DNA of 64,000 nt, taken from the NCBI GenBank assembly GCA_965219445.1, contig CBDCNQ010000002.1, forward strand, positions 128,001 to 192,000, given 5' to 3'. Below are positions 41,222 to 50,823 of the stretch, piece by piece (position 1 is the first letter of the stretch; each line of letters begins with the position of its first letter). A model generated the notes under the pieces. That model had not been told where the DNA came from. It ran no database searches and saw nothing but the letters and a program-made list of their open reading frames with translations. A program made the position numbers and the translations under genes. Source of the DNA: Longimicrobiales bacterium (GTDB taxonomy: Bacteria > Gemmatimonadota > Gemmatimonadetes > Longimicrobiales > Gaopeijiaceae).

Positions 41222-41496
41222 GTGCTGTACCTCCTGGGCCGCCGAGTCAGCACTTTCTTCGGGCTCTTCGTACAGCGCATTGAGCTGGAATCGTGATCTG
41301 CTCCTAAATTCGTGCACCCCTCCAGCAGTTCCCGCGCGATGGCCGTGACCCTATGATGCACCATGGCGGGCGGCAACACGATGGCGGACTGCTTCGCGAC
41401 ACCTCCGAGCGGAGGCCACGCCCTCTGAGGGCCGTGCCCGCCCGCTCGCCATAGTGCGTCCTCCCTTCAGGAGAAAGTACCATGTGATTCGCGCTT

Positions 41497-42276
41497 GTGA
41501 TGTTCATCGTTGGGCTCCTACCTGAGGTCGTCTCGGCCCAGGGGCCGGACACGGTGTTTCTCGAAGAGCTCACTTGGACCGAGGTGCGTGATGCGCTCGC
41601 CGGGGGTGCCACCACGGTGATCATTCCGACCGGTGGGACCGAGCAGAACGGGCCCCACATGCTGCTGGGAAAGCACAACTACCTCGTTGGCTACAAGGCA
41701 GGAGAGGTCGCTCGTCGTCTTGGCAACGCGTTGGTGGCTCCGGTCATGGCGTATGTGCCTGAGGGGGACGTAGACCCACCTACCGGGCACATGCGCTTCC
41801 CCGGCACGATCACGACGCCGCCAGAGGTGTTCGAGCAGGTGCTGGAGTTCGCCGCCCGAAGCCTCAAGCAGCACGGGTTCCTCGACATCGCGCTGCTTGG
41901 CGACAGTGGTGGCAATCAGACGTCACAGGCCGCTGTGGCTGAGCGACTCAACCGTGAGTGGGCGGCCACCCCGGTCCGGGTGCATCACCTGACGGACTAC
42001 TATCCCGGTCCGGGCGACGCGTGGCTGGTCACTCGAGGTGAACGCCAGGAGGACGTGGGCTCGCACGCCGGCATGCACGACACCTCGAGTCTCATGTTCC
42101 TCAACCCGTCCATGCTGCGGCTCGACGAGCTGCGGCCCGGCACGGGCGGCCGCGGCAACGGTGTCGTCGGCAACCCCGCGCGCTCGACGGCTGCCTACGG
42201 TGAGCAGATTCTGGAGATGCAAATCGACGCTGCCGTTCGCCAGATACGCGCGCTTCGGGAAAGTAGCAGGCGATAG
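41497..42276 (+). CDS. Creatininase family protein (natural start ATG 41482 blocked by TGA at codon 2)
   Basis: EELTWTE, GGTEQNGPH, DSGGN, HAGMHDTS. Confidence 0.8.
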   Translation: MMFIVGLLPEVVSAQGPDTVFLEELTWTEVRDALAGGATTVIIPTGGTEQNGPHMLLGKHNYLVGYKAGEVARRLGNALVAPVMAYVPEGDVDPPTGHMRFPGTITTPPEVFEQVLEFAARSLKQHGFLDIALLGDSGGNQTSQAAVAERLNREWAATPVRVHHLTDYYPGPGDAWLVTRGERQEDVGSHAGMHDTSSLMFLNPSMLRLDELRPGTGGRGNGVVGNPARSTAAYGEQILEMQIDAAVRQIRALRESSRR

Positions 42277-42469
42277 AGATCGTGCCTGGGCGTGAGAAAA
42301 CGAGGATCCGGATGGCTTCCAGAGCAGAACAGTGTTCCGAAGGGTATCGGGATCGGAGCGCTTTTGGCCGTAGGGCGCGTGCTGTTGCGCGACGTGCTAG
42401 GCTGCGGAACTCCTCATCACACTTCCCAGTGGTCAACGCCCCGAGCAGTGGCTGAGCGACAGCCTGATC

Positions 42470-42945
42470 GTGTTCACGTGGGGGCCACCGCCCGTCGATC
42501 TGTGGATGCTGGATCTTTCGGATCCGGACAGCCCGAGGGCGGAGGCTTACCTGGAGCAGGAGGCCGACCTCCGTGAAATCGCGGTCTCACCGGATGGCAC
42601 ACTGGCGGCTTATCAGTCCGACGAGACGGGAACGCGAGAGATCTACGTTCGAAGTTTCCCTGACCCAGGTGAACGGACACTGGTGTCGGAGGGTGGAGGT
42701 GAGTTCCCCTTCTGGTCCCCAGATGGCAACACAGTCAACTACTGGACCCTACCCGTCGCTCTGGGAGGAGGAGGAGGAGGAGGAGACCTCTTCATGGCCG
42801 CCCGCCAACTGGTTCGAGGAGCTTCGCCAGCGGATGGGGAATTAATATGAAAGTGCTGAAGCCCGAGTTGGCTGCGGTCGTTGGTGCGGAGCGATTCCTG
42901 GCCGAGATCCAGGTCACAGCGAACCTCCAGCCCCCGCGGTACTGA
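42470..42945 (+). pseudogene. Remnants of a Ser/Thr kinase-PD40 propeller gene
   Basis: SPDGTLAAYQSDETGTREIYVRSFP...PFWSPDG fragment, then 42847-42945 MKVLKPELAAVVGAERFLAEIQVTANLQ kinase N-lobe fragment. Confidence 0.75.
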
Positions 42946-42951
42946 TGTGAA

Positions 42952-42986
42952 AGACGGCCACCCCCATCGTTCGGAGGTGGCCGTCT
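42952..42986 (-). terminator. Putative intrinsic terminator of the NIPSNAP gene
   Basis: Stem AGACGGCCACC...GGTGGCCGTCT, short T run on the minus strand. Confidence 0.55.
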
Positions 42987-43015
42987 CCCCGTTCCGCCAA
43001 CATGTAGGCTAGGCC

Positions 43016-43486
43016 TTAGTTGAGCCTCGAATAGTCGGACGCACTCATCATGAATACCTGACTATTGACATTCACCGGGTATTTTGCCCGGAGAGTGATC
43101 CACTCCGGGTCGTCACGGAAGGCTGCCCAAACCTCTTCCCGATGGGCGCGGTCGCGATAGGCCAACATCCAAATCAAGGTGTTGGAATCCTCTAGGCTCT
43201 GCCACACAGCGACGACCTCTGCGCCGTGCTTCTCGAAAATCGCGACCTCTTGCTCCCGAAAGCGCTGATGCAGCTCGTCGATAGAACGCTCGTAATCGCC
43301 GACGCCGTCGCGCGAGGTGTTTGCCGTGTACATCCGGATCTCGAAGCAGCGTGAATTCGCCGCCACATTCGTGGAAAACTCGCCCGGGAGTTGAGCGGCC
43401 GGGCCACAGGCCGGCTGACTCTGCTGGGCATACGCCGGACTGCTGACAACGAAGCAGATGATGGCTGCGATGATCGCGGTCCTCAT
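43016..43486 (-). CDS. Exported NIPSNAP family protein
   Basis: Signal peptide; FEIRMYT, LHQRFR, FEKHG, WAAFRDDPEW. Confidence 0.8.
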   Translation of the reverse strand: MRTAIIAAIICFVVSSPAYAQQSQPACGPAAQLPGEFSTNVAANSRCFEIRMYTANTSRDGVGDYERSIDELHQRFREQEVAIFEKHGAEVVAVWQSLEDSNTLIWMLAYRDRAHREEVWAAFRDDPEWITLRAKYPVNVNSQVFMMSASDYSRLN

Positions 43487-43750
43487 TTTGTCCTCTCTTT
43501 GAGTAATGACAGGTTTGGCCTTACGCTGAGGCGAGACAGATAACTACTACTGATCCCTCAATCGGAACAGATATGAGGTTCCTGGGAGTCGTAATCATAC
43601 TGGCAATCCTAGCACCCAACAACAGTGTTTTGTGCGTCTACAGTGTCGGTGCGGGGAGGTGTACGTGATAACGGCGAAGGCGTTTAGGTGGGCGTCGTGA
43701 GCACCTACCCGCCTAGATAGCCAACAGCCCCGAACGCCGGTGGTTCCACG

Positions 43751-44164
43751 TCAGCGGCCCCTCCTCGTCATCACTTCGATGACCCCGCCAGGAAAACCGG
43801 TGCCGTACTTGGTGGTGGCGTCGGAGGCGGAGAGGAACCGCATGGTTTCGATTTCATCAGTGATCACTCGGTAGAGGTGAGCGAGCTCGCCGCGGAGAAT
43901 TCCATCGACCACGACTCGCGCATACGAGGGTCCATAGCTGATACTGCCGCCGCGGAGTTGTAGCCAGCGCGGGTTTAGGTTCTCGACCGCCCGCCAGGCG
44001 CTCTGGCCCGGGAATAGTTCGAGCTGGGGTCGGTCGATCAGACGCGAGTTCCCCTGGGACGCGACAGAAGTCGTGAATTCCTCTCCGAAGGGCGTGCCTG
44101 ATGACGAAGCACAGGCGGAGACGACGAGGGCTAGGACGACGGATGCGCAGCGGCGGAAAGACAT
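43751..44164 (-). CDS. Small lipoprotein with TonB-plug-like motif
   Basis: VSAC lipobox; LNPRWL, VVVDG, ASDATTKYGTGFPGGVIEV. Confidence 0.7.
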   Translation of the reverse strand: MSFRRCASVVLALVVSACASSSGTPFGEEFTTSVASQGNSRLIDRPQLELFPGQSAWRAVENLNPRWLQLRGGSISYGPSYARVVVDGILRGELAHLYRVITDEIETMRFLSASDATTKYGTGFPGGVIEVMTRRGR

Positions 44165-44313
44165 GGATGGCCCCCCAATCATCGGGTGTGACCTTGAAAT
44201 TCTACCTTATCCGGGTCGTTCACGCCACGGCGAGGGCATGTTGCATACGGTAGCCGTCCCCTTCACTTTCGGGGCCGGTGGCAACGCATGCCGCACACTC
44301 GAGGAGACCGGAC

Positions 44314-45762
44314 ATGACACAACCAGGATCGCACACGTCTCTCCCGGATCAGGGGGCAAGTCGGCGGAAATTCTTCAAGTTCCTGGCCGCCAGTCCGCTG
44401 GCGGCCCTGGCCTACGCGGCGCTGCCGTCGAGCTGGCTGGAGCCTGAGCCTGTCGCGGGCGAGGTGCCACCCAGCAGGCCGGCACCGTTGCCCTGCGTCA
44501 ACTGCGGCGCCCCGGTGCTCCCGCCCGGCCTCGATCAGACTCGTGTAGTCCCGGCGATCCGTCCCCAGGAGATCCCTTCCCAGGAGCTCCCTCCCCAGCA
44601 AGCCCAGGAAGAACAGTTGACGGGGAGCCTCATTGCGTCGCCCGACGACGCGACCAACGTCTGGGACTTTGAGCGCGTGACCCATGAGAACAACCTGGCG
44701 CAGCACTGGGACTACCTGCACATGGGCGTCGACGACTACGAGACGCGCGTGGCGAACAGGGAGGGCTACCAGCGTCTGATGCTCCGTCCCCGCCGGCTCA
44801 GCGCGGAGCCCTCGAGCGAATTCAGCACGTCGATCGAGATCCTCGGCCAGCAGTTCGATTCACCCTTGTTCCTCTGCCCCGTGGCGGCCCTCCAGGCGTA
44901 CCACACGCAGGGGGAGGCCGGCGCCGGGCGGGCAGCTCGACGCAGGGGCGTGCTGCAGCTCCAGTCGCATTCGAGCTCGAATTCGTATGAAGAGATCGCC
45001 GAGGCGCGGGGCGAGCCGCATTGGTTCCAGATCTACACGAATCCCGACTGGAACCGTAATCAGCGGGTGATCAACCGCGTGGCGCGCGCGGGCTGCCCCA
45101 CACTCGTGTGGACGATCGACCTCCTCGGGGGAAGCAACCGGGAGCTGTCGCGGCGGTCGCTCGTCGGCGAGGGCAGGGAGGCAGAGCTCTGCACGCAGTG
45201 CCACAACCACCAAGAAGGCTACGAGCGGCCAATGCGCCGTGATCTAGACGGGCCAGAGGGTGAGCGTCCTCCGTACACCTGGGACTGGGTCAATCGTCTC
45301 AAGGACGCCAGCGACATGAACCTCGTCGTGAAGGGTATCGTCACAGCGGAAGAGGCAGAGCTGGCGATCGAGCACGGCGCCGACGGGATCTACGTCTCGA
45401 ACCACGGTGGACGGGCGGTGAACAGTCTCTGGTCGACGATCGATGCCTTGCCCGAAGTAGTCGCGGCAGTGAGAGGACGGGTCCCCGTGATGATCGACAG
45501 TGGGGTCCGTCGCGGCGGCGACGTCTTCAAGGCCCTCGCGCTCGGTGCCGACGCGGTCGGCATCGGTCGCCCCTACGTATGGGGCCTCGGAGCGTTCGGC
45601 GAGGACGGAGTCGACAGCGTGATCCAACTGATCATGGACGAGTTCCGCATGGTCATGCGGCAGACCCGGACCAACTCGATCGATCAAATCACTTCCCGCT
45701 TCGTGATGGAAGCGAAGAATCCCATCATGACGCGGCGCAACGAGTTCGGGTTCGGGCTGTGA
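44314..45762 (+). CDS. Tat-exported FMN-dependent alpha-hydroxy-acid dehydrogenase with CxxCH motif
   Basis: ATG after GAGGAG; SRRKFFKFL; LRPRRL, WFQIY, VVKGI, SNHGGR, DSGVRRGGD, GRPY; CTQCH. Confidence 0.88.
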   Translation: MTQPGSHTSLPDQGASRRKFFKFLAASPLAALAYAALPSSWLEPEPVAGEVPPSRPAPLPCVNCGAPVLPPGLDQTRVVPAIRPQEIPSQELPPQQAQEEQLTGSLIASPDDATNVWDFERVTHENNLAQHWDYLHMGVDDYETRVANREGYQRLMLRPRRLSAEPSSEFSTSIEILGQQFDSPLFLCPVAALQAYHTQGEAGAGRAARRRGVLQLQSHSSSNSYEEIAEARGEPHWFQIYTNPDWNRNQRVINRVARAGCPTLVWTIDLLGGSNRELSRRSLVGEGREAELCTQCHNHQEGYERPMRRDLDGPEGERPPYTWDWVNRLKDASDMNLVVKGIVTAEEAELAIEHGADGIYVSNHGGRAVNSLWSTIDALPEVVAAVRGRVPVMIDSGVRRGGDVFKALALGADAVGIGRPYVWGLGAFGEDGVDSVIQLIMDEFRMVMRQTRTNSIDQITSRFVMEAKNPIMTRRNEFGFGL

Positions 45763-45773
45763 GGACGAGAAGC

Positions 45774-46358
45774 ATGGCGGTCGCGCACATGGCTTCTCGG
45801 ACCGGTCTTGCACGGACCGTGACGGCCGGCATCGTCGGCCTGGCACTGTTGCAGGCGGGGCCGGCGTCCGCGCAGCGGTCCTCCGTCGATTTCACGGTGT
45901 CAGGCACTTCGACGGTACGGGGATGGACGTGTTCGGTGACTGGCTCGGCCCAGGTCACCGCCGGCTCGTCGACCCCGGTGCGGGGGCTCGATGGTGGAGT
46001 CCAGACCGCCACGCTCAGCGTGCCAGTAGACGATTTCACGTGTCCTGACGAGGAGATGAGGGAACATCTCCTGGAGGCGATGAGGGCAGACGAGTTCCCG
46101 GAGATCACCTTCCGGCTCGAGGGCTACGAGGCGAATAGCCAGGGCGCCGTCACTACTGGTACGCTCACCATCCTCGATGCCACTGAAGAGGTGAACTTCC
46201 CCCTCTCGCTGACGCCGTCCGGATCGGGTGCCCAGATTGAAGGAGAGCTGGCTTTGGACATGACCGCCTACGGTGTGGAGCCACCTGTGGTCATGCTCGG
46301 CCTGCTAAGGGTCAGGCCACGGATTCGCATCCAGTTTTCGGGCATCATCACCCCCTAG
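45774..46358 (+). CDS. YceI family protein
   Basis: Signal peptide, GTSTVRGW, FPEITF, GTLTI, MTAYGVEPP; 11 nt after the dehydrogenase. Confidence 0.8.
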   Translation: MAVAHMASRTGLARTVTAGIVGLALLQAGPASAQRSSVDFTVSGTSTVRGWTCSVTGSAQVTAGSSTPVRGLDGGVQTATLSVPVDDFTCPDEEMREHLLEAMRADEFPEITFRLEGYEANSQGAVTTGTLTILDATEEVNFPLSLTPSGSGAQIEGELALDMTAYGVEPPVVMLGLLRVRPRIRIQFSGIITP

Positions 46359-46453
46359 GGGGGATAGGCGAAGCTTGCGTTCACCACATTAGCCGCGCAG
46401 CAGAAACGCTCCTCTTCTGGACAACCTCTGGGTAGCCACGCCCACGCTGCCGT

Positions 46454-46954
46454 TCACTTTTTCCACGGAAAGTGGAAGTTCAGGTATGTGATCGACTGCG
46501 AGTCCCCAAAATCCTTCCACCCGTGGACCATGCCCGGTGGGATGAACACCAAGTCCCCCGCTCTGACAATCCGTTCCACTCCACCGCGGATCGAGCTGCC
46601 CCGCTGATCACCCGGTCGTGACGCTGGTTGGGGATCCACTAGTGACCCACCGGTCACCAGCGTCGCCGACCCCTCCTGAATGACGTAGAGGTCGCTCAGG
46701 AACCCATGGATTGTGGCCGTTGGGGCGGTTCGGTGCAGCATCGTGACGCTGAAGACGTCTCCGCCCTCTAGAATCCTCCCGCTGGAGAGCTCGCCGACTC
46801 GCAATGCATTGAGCGCGGATTGAAGATCCGAGGCCTCCAAGACCACGGCTTCATCGTCCGTCGCTTCTTCTGGAAAGGTTGCCTGACTGAACCCAATGCC
46901 AGGGTACAGGGTCATCAAGACACCCGCGCACAGACTGGTCTTGAGAGCGCGCAT
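46454..46954 (-). CDS. Exported cupin domain protein
   Basis: ATG 46954 after AGGAGGAG; H..DLYVIQEGSATLVTGG, GDLVFIPPGMVH. Confidence 0.75.
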   Translation of the reverse strand: MRALKTSLCAGVLMTLYPGIGFSQATFPEEATDDEAVVLEASDLQSALNALRVGELSSGRILEGGDVFSVTMLHRTAPTATIHGFLSDLYVIQEGSATLVTGGSLVDPQPASRPGDQRGSSIRGGVERIVRAGDLVFIPPGMVHGWKDFGDSQSITYLNFHFPWKK

Positions 46955-47163
46955 CCTTCTCCTCCTTAGTCGCACGATCTGCCGGACGGCTTCTTCAGGG
47001 GATTGTCGGACGTGCGGGAATCGCTCCCAAGCGGGTCCGAGAGATGAAGATGCACCGCGCTGATATGCGGAGCAAGGAAAAACCAGGTATTAACTAGTAG
47101 ATAATCGGCTAACCAACGTCCGGTTTCCGTGGAACAACTGAACGACAGGGAGGTGACGGACCG

Positions 47164-47640
47164 ATGCGAACCATTCTGCTTTCGATCGTTCTGCTAGGGA
47201 TTGGGGGGCCTGCGGGTCTGATCGCTGTGGTTGACGCGCAGGATCCCCAGCAGCTTCCCGCGACGTACACTTCCATGGCCGAGATCGAGGCCGCGTTGGA
47301 TGAACAGGGAGAATCCGGCGGCGGCGGTGCTGGCGTACACATCTCAGAGCCTGACGACTTCGCACCGGAGGTTCTCGTGCGACGCCGGTTCGCGTCACAG
47401 CCGAACAATGCCAGCGTCCACGCAGACCGCGACGAAATCTATCAAGTCATTGACGGCAGCGGCACCTTCGTGTCGGGTGGCACCTTTGTGGATCTCCGGG
47501 ATCGGCCCGCTGGCATCCGAGGGGGCGAGGCGCGCCAGATCGGGGTCGGTGATTTCGTGGTGATCCCGGCTGGAACCCTACACTGGTTCAGTCAGATCAA
47601 CGGGTCCATCACGTACGTGAACATTCGGCTCGCACCGTAG
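47164..47640 (+). CDS. Exported cupin domain protein
   Basis: GGAGG RBS; HADRDEIYQVIDGSG, GDFVVIPAGTLHWF. Confidence 0.75.
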   Translation: MRTILLSIVLLGIGGPAGLIAVVDAQDPQQLPATYTSMAEIEAALDEQGESGGGGAGVHISEPDDFAPEVLVRRRFASQPNNASVHADRDEIYQVIDGSGTFVSGGTFVDLRDRPAGIRGGEARQIGVGDFVVIPAGTLHWFSQINGSITYVNIRLAP

Positions 47641-48015
47641 GACTGAAGGACGAGCCGATAACGCCCCTCTAAGCCACGTAGAGCGCGATCCTGGAGCGTC
47701 TGAAAGGGGTTCTGCTTGCGCCCACCGGCCCAGCACCATGTGATCTTGCGGATCACCTCCGGTCCACGTCTCTTGGATCAGTTGCGTCTGAGGACAGTAA
47801 TTCGTTCGTCGGCAGCCACTCCGAACTGCCGACACCCCCCGTTCAGAAGGAGGCCCGCATGAAGTGCCACCTGGTTTTTGTCGCAGTATCCTTGGCCGCC
47901 ACATCCCTCGCCATGGCGGGGTGCGGGGTCCCACGGTCGGATGCAAGTTCTGTTTATTCGCAAGCCACCTAATCAGCGCCTCGACGCCACCCTCAACCAC
48001 CGCGCATGGGGTATC

Positions 48016-49026
48016 ATGACTGCGAAAACAGCACGCCGGTTCAGAACCGCCATCATGATCATGATGGTCTGCATTCCCGTCGCCCTTGGCTATGAGTTCA
48101 TGAGCGACGGGAGGATTTCGATCATCGGTCTCGTCGTCGGGATCGCCCTCGCGATGCCGCTGGTCCTGCTCGAGGAGTCCACCTTCGACGAGCGGATGCG
48201 GCGTCTGCCGTTCTCGGTGGCACTACTGGCGAAGGCAATCACGTACATCGGATCCGTGATTGCCGTGTTCTCGGCGGTCGGCCTCGTCTTCGGTTTCCTT
48301 CAAGGCCTGACGATCGATGAATTTTGGGCGACTCTTTTAGAACCCACCCTCCCCCGCAAAGTCGCCATCGGTTTCCTTCTCTACGTGATCATCATCTTCT
48401 TTCGACAGCTCGATCGGATCCTCGGTCCGGGGGTGTTACTGAGCTACTTGCTGGGCCGATATCACCGGCCTCACCGCGAATCTCGCATCTTCATGTTCTT
48501 GGACCTCAAGTCCTCGACGTCGCTCGCGGAGGAGTTGGGGCACGAGGCCTACCTCGGCCTGATCAACGAGTTCTTCCGAGACATCTCCGGGCCAGTACTC
48601 GACAGTGCGGGTGAGATCTACGAGTACGTCGGAGACGAGGTCGTCCTAACGTGGAAGGAGGAGCGGGGGCTCAAGCATGCGAACTGCATCCGAGTGTTCT
48701 TCGACATCGACACGATCATGGAGAAGAGAAAGCAGGGGTATCTAGACCGATTCGGCGTCGTGCCGGAATACAAAGCCGGAGTCCATTTGGGTGAGGTAAT
48801 GACCGCGGAGATCGGAGATCTGAAGAAGGGGCTGATCTTCAACGGCGACGTGCTCAACACCGGCGCCCGGATTCAAGGAGAGTGTACCCGGCTGGGACGG
48901 CGTCTCGTTTCGTCGGCCGACCTCTTCCACCGCTTGGGTCTTCCTGATGAGTGGACGGGCGAGGCGATGGGGTCCGTGACCCTGAGAGGGAAGTCCGAGC
49001 CGACAGAGCTGGTGGCGTTCGCGTGA
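48016..49026 (+). CDS. Membrane adenylate/guanylate cyclase (class III)
   Basis: N-terminal TMs; FMFLDLKSST, YVGDEV, KAGVHLG, GDVLNTGARI. Confidence 0.88.
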   Translation: MTAKTARRFRTAIMIMMVCIPVALGYEFMSDGRISIIGLVVGIALAMPLVLLEESTFDERMRRLPFSVALLAKAITYIGSVIAVFSAVGLVFGFLQGLTIDEFWATLLEPTLPRKVAIGFLLYVIIIFFRQLDRILGPGVLLSYLLGRYHRPHRESRIFMFLDLKSSTSLAEELGHEAYLGLINEFFRDISGPVLDSAGEIYEYVGDEVVLTWKEERGLKHANCIRVFFDIDTIMEKRKQGYLDRFGVVPEYKAGVHLGEVMTAEIGDLKKGLIFNGDVLNTGARIQGECTRLGRRLVSSADLFHRLGLPDEWTGEAMGSVTLRGKSEPTELVAFA

Positions 49027-49392
49027 GCCTGGTAAGAAGGGAACACCGAAACCTTATCGCAAACGGGCCTCCCTGGGCCAGGCTTTGCAAGCCAGAGGTT
49101 GCCGGGTCGCATCTCTGGGCCGGTTCGTGTGTCGGTTGGGCCGGTTCTTGTGTCGATTCAAAGCGGCAGATGTGAGCATCGGCTCGCGGCAAGAGTAGCA
49201 AATCGTGCGCCCTGCCAAGGGTTTGTGTGGTTTCTTGCCGTAAAACGCACAACTTGAATCCGATACCGTCCAATGATTTCCGGGTAGGTGCATAACATCC
49301 AGTATTTACAACAGGTTACGTAGTTTCTTTCTTGTCTCGTTCTGCCAGCAGTGCCCTTTGCGATCCCGTTCCATCCCAGTTATGATTGGGGG

Positions 49393-50613
49393 ATGGATAA
49401 TGTGATTCGATCTCCCGTCAAGCGCCGCCTAGGCAAGCCCAAGGGCCGCCATCCCCACAAGCGGCTCTCGACCGCCTTCGTGCGCTCGGCACCGCCCGGC
49501 AGGCACTGCGATGGCAACGGTCTCTACCTTTACGTCCAGAAGACCGGAACCCGGAGTTGGATTCAGCGGCTCGTGATCCGGGGCCGCAAGCGCGAGCTCG
49601 GACTCGGCAACGCCCAACTGGTCTTGCTCGCCGAGGCGCGGGAGCAGGCGCTGGCCAACCGCAAGCTTGCCCGCGCGGGCGGCGATCCGCTGGCCGAGAA
49701 GCGGCGTTCGGCGGGCATTCCCACCTTCGCCGAGGCCGCTAAGCGCGTCATCGAGCAGAAGAGCGCCGGATGGCGCAACGCGGCGGTGCCGAGGAACTGG
49801 TATCGCAGCTTCGAGATTCACGTCTTCCCAAGGATCGGGAGGGTGCCGGTCTCCGAGATGACGAGCGCCGACGTGCTCGAGATCCTCACACCCATCTGGC
49901 ACGCGAACCCGCCGACGGCCCGGATCGTTCGCCACCGCATCCGCGCCGTGCTGGAATGGGCCATCGCCATGGACTGGAGAACGGACAACCCGTGCGACCG
50001 GCTCCTGCCGGTGCTCGGCTCCCAGCAACATGTCGTCAGACACCGGAAGGCCCTGCCTCACCGCGAGGTGGGGGCGGCCATCGAGAAGGTCCGGGCGGCG
50101 AAGGCGGGCAAGGTGGACGCGCTGGCGTTCGAGTTCATGGTGCTCACGGCGGCGCGGGGCGTCGAGGTCCGCGGGGCGGTATGGAGCGAGATCGACCGGG
50201 AGGAGCGCGTCTGGACGGTCCCCGCGAGCCGGATGAAGAGCCTGCGCGCGCACCGTGTGCCGCTGTGCGGCCGCGCGCTGGAGATTCTCGACGCGGCGCG
50301 GAAGCTGGGCGGCGGCGGGAGTCCGATCGTGTTCGTCGGCAAGCGCGGCAGAGAGGTGGGCGGCGAGCAGATGGGCCGGCTGCTCAGGAAGCACGGGATC
50401 GCGGCGGTGCCGCATGGGTTCAGGTCGTCGTTCAGGGACTGGGCCGCCGAAGAGACGGACCACCCCCGCGAAGTCGTCGAGGCGGCCCTGGCCCATGTAG
50501 TCCGGAACCCGGTCGAGGCCGCCTACATGCGCTCCGACCTGTTCGAGCGCCGGCGTCGGCTCATGGACGATTGGGCTGCCTACCTGAGTAGGGAGCTTAG
50601 GGCAGGTCCCTGA
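49393..50613 (+). CDS. P4-like tyrosine integrase with arm-binding domain
   Basis: PGRHCDGNGLYL, RELGLG, TAARGVE, HGFRSSFRDW, ALAH, AAY (R-HxxR-H-Y set); start uncertain (49351-49402). Confidence 0.93.
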   Translation: MDNVIRSPVKRRLGKPKGRHPHKRLSTAFVRSAPPGRHCDGNGLYLYVQKTGTRSWIQRLVIRGRKRELGLGNAQLVLLAEAREQALANRKLARAGGDPLAEKRRSAGIPTFAEAAKRVIEQKSAGWRNAAVPRNWYRSFEIHVFPRIGRVPVSEMTSADVLEILTPIWHANPPTARIVRHRIRAVLEWAIAMDWRTDNPCDRLLPVLGSQQHVVRHRKALPHREVGAAIEKVRAAKAGKVDALAFEFMVLTAARGVEVRGAVWSEIDREERVWTVPASRMKSLRAHRVPLCGRALEILDAARKLGGGGSPIVFVGKRGREVGGEQMGRLLRKHGIAAVPHGFRSSFRDWAAEETDHPREVVEAALAHVVRNPVEAAYMRSDLFERRRRLMDDWAAYLSRELRAGP

Positions 50614-50823
50614 TCGTTCAGATCCAACAATGCAGCCGAAGCGTCTCTCTGAACCACGCGCGTTTTCCGATGAATACGGAGGGTTGGGGAGTTCTTGCCT
50701 CGTCCTCCTCGATGCCTTAGCCGGAAGCCCGTCAGCTTCTCCCCCCTCGCAAGGAAGGGAACTCACCAAGTTCGGTGACCTAAGGCGCGAGGTACATCAC
50801 GCCCAGGCTTGAACATGACGACA

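Noticed and set aside
49393..50613. P4-like integrase as the enzyme for the selC islet
   Set aside because: 28 kb away with no selC-like att beside it; the sequence gives no support for the link
49429..50769. Long antisense ORFs (e.g. 446 aa here, 57162-58514, 58418-59848, 27664-28902)
   Set aside because: Shadow frames of well-supported genes in GC-rich DNA; no recognisable motifs
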